Source: Methanoregula sp. PtaU1.Bin051 (lineage in GTDB: Archaea > Halobacteriota > Methanomicrobia > Methanomicrobiales > Methanospirillaceae). From it: a stretch of DNA of 64,000 nt. The position numbers and the translations under genes were made by a program. Positions 62,957 to 64,000 of this stretch are shown here, piece by piece. Each line of letters starts with the position of its first letter. Within the stretch, counting starts at the first letter, position 1. The notes under the pieces were generated by a model. The model was not told the DNA's origin and did no database searches. It saw only the letters and a program-made list of their open reading frames with translations. The stretch spans positions 9,149-73,148 of the forward strand of contig MVRE01000007.1 of the NCBI GenBank assembly GCA_002067895.1, written 5' to 3'.

Positions 62957-64000
62957 TCAGACCGATGAGATGAACCGGAAACCTCCCGGAGGAACACGGA
63001 TCTCAAAGCGTGCTCCTTTACCCCAGGTTCCGGTCTCCCGGATCGTAATCCCCGTGATCAGCAGGATCTCCCTGACCAGAAAGAGACAAAGGCTGGAATC
63101 CCTCACATACCCGCGCCCGAAGATCTTTTCCTTCTCATCGTCCGGGATCCCGGCCCCGTTATCCTCCATCACGATAGTGACACCATTCCCCGGTTCCGGT
63201 TCTTTCAGACAGAAGGTAATTTCGGTCACATGCTTCCCGTGGCAGAGGGCATTATCGAACAGGACGTAAATCACTTTTTCGAGCATAGGGTCGGCATAAA
63301 TGTCGAGATCGCCGGGGGGATAGGCTACGGTTACGCCCTCGCAACCGTGAATCGCTTTCATACACACCTCGCGGAGGTTCTGCCATTCCGGTGCGTCGGC
63401 ACCAAGATCATGGTAATACCGGCTGAACCTGATCAGGCTCTGGATTTTATCCGCTGCAAGAATCACGTTCTCCAGAAACCCGCGTGTTTCGGGATCGGTG
63501 AGTCTCTCTCCGGTAAGATCGAGATAGCCGAGCAGCGCGGTGAGCTGGTTGAGGATGTCGTGGCAGGTGATATTGTTCAGGAGATTGAACTTCTTATTGG
63601 TCTGCCGGAGCGACTCCTCGATCTGTTTCTGATCCGTCACATCCCGGATCGATTCAATCGCACCGACAATCCTGCCTTTCGAATCACGGAGTGGCGACGC
63701 AATGGCCCAGAGACAGATGCCTGATTTGCCGTTACAACTCCGGACATAGGCATCTGCGATAACCTTATCGCATTTTCTCCGGAGGTTCTGGTATTTTTCT
63801 TCGGTCTCCCGGCTTTCGCGAAGAACCAGATCGATCAGGATCGGGCGTCGTTCCCCATAGAAAGGGAGGGCATAGGAAAAACTGCCGGCTCCCATGATTC
63901 CCTCTTTGGGTATTCCGGTCAGGTTTTCTATGGCCCGGTTCCATGCGATGACTCTTCCCTCAAGGTCTATGGCAAAGGTCGCGTCCGGCAGGAAGTCGAT
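62957..64000 (-). CDS. PAS-domain sensor histidine kinase (5' end outside the window)
   Basis: The frame continues upstream of the ORF-track Met to the window edge (IDFLPDATFAIDLEGRVIAWNRA...). H-box ITCHDILNQL, N-box LFDNALCHG, G-boxes EDNGAGIP and GTWGKG. Confidence 0.85.
   Translation of the reverse strand: MDFLPDATFAIDLEGRVIAWNRAIENLTGIPKEGIMGAGSFSYALPFYGERRPILIDLVLRESRETEEKYQNLRRKCDKVIADAYVRSCNGKSGICLWAIASPLRDSKGRIVGAIESIRDVTDQKQIEESLRQTNKKFNLLNNITCHDILNQLTALLGYLDLTGERLTDPETRGFLENVILAADKIQSLIRFSRYYHDLGADAPEWQNLREVCMKAIHGCEGVTVAYPPGDLDIYADPMLEKVIYVLFDNALCHGKHVTEITFCLKEPEPGNGVTIVMEDNGAGIPDDEKEKIFGRGYVRDSSLCLFLVREILLITGITIRETGTWGKGARFEIRVPPGGFRFISSV

Noticed and set aside
62772-63269. 165-aa plus-strand ORF upstream of and overlapping the histidine kinase 3' end
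   Set aside because: Its second half is antisense to the well-supported HATPase domain. The first half lies in AT-rich intergenic DNA and has no motifs.
1-64000. tRNA, rRNA, RNase P/SRP RNA, transposase or integrase genes
   Set aside because: I scanned intergenic regions by eye for T-loop (GGTTCGAATCC-like) or acceptor-stem patterns, and the ORF list for DDE or tyrosine-recombinase motifs. None were found. A tRNAscan/Infernal run would be needed to exclude small RNAs rigorously.

Overview
This 64 kb window is GC-rich archaeal chromosome, most consistent with a Methanomicrobiales-type methanogen. Supporting genes are GatDE, an archaeal histone, the RFC large subunit, aIF-1A, archaeal-type SAM synthetase, archaemetzincin, methanogenesis-marker-like proteins and a PEF-CTERM surface protein. 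All assignments were made by eye from the ORF translations and raw sequence; no searches were run.

Housekeeping blocks:
- gatE-gatD-argH.
- An HTH regulator divergent from a NitT/TauT-type ABC importer.
- rpl10e, and an MFS transporter.
- An 8-gene reductive-TCA block (two-subunit class I fumarase, korDABG, sucCD) joined by six 4-nt start/stop overlaps.
- SAM synthetase and hisG-hisA-hisB.
- Histone, marker proteins 4 and 2, and rfcL.
- uvrA, aIF-1A, a DEAD-box helicase and uvrC.

Accessory or unusual regions:
1. 17.7-24.3 kb holds a minus-strand run: ABC-class ATPase, orphan SagB-type dehydrogenase, secreted M64-like metalloprotease, and a translationally coupled membrane-anchored receiver protein. 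A divergent orphan zinc-ribbon protein sits alongside.
2. 24.3-26.5 kb has no convincing ORFs apart from a MNT/HEPN toxin-antitoxin pair. It contains a ~480 bp AnTn/CCGG low-complexity array and two ~239 bp, ~96% identical, hairpin-rich direct repeats bracketing the TA pair. I consider this the most unexplained structure in the window.
3. 36.6-45.6 kb encodes a 1067-aa surface protein whose PKD domain appears split by a 12-blade Kelch/Asp-box propeller, a paralogous C-terminal domain in a second gene, and tandem HEAT-repeat membrane paralogs.
4. 57-64 kb is an envelope cluster: a membrane-tethered double wHTH regulator, secreted proteins, a PEF-CTERM propeller, a PepSY protein and a PAS histidine kinase.

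No tRNA, rRNA, CRISPR array or transposase was recognised.
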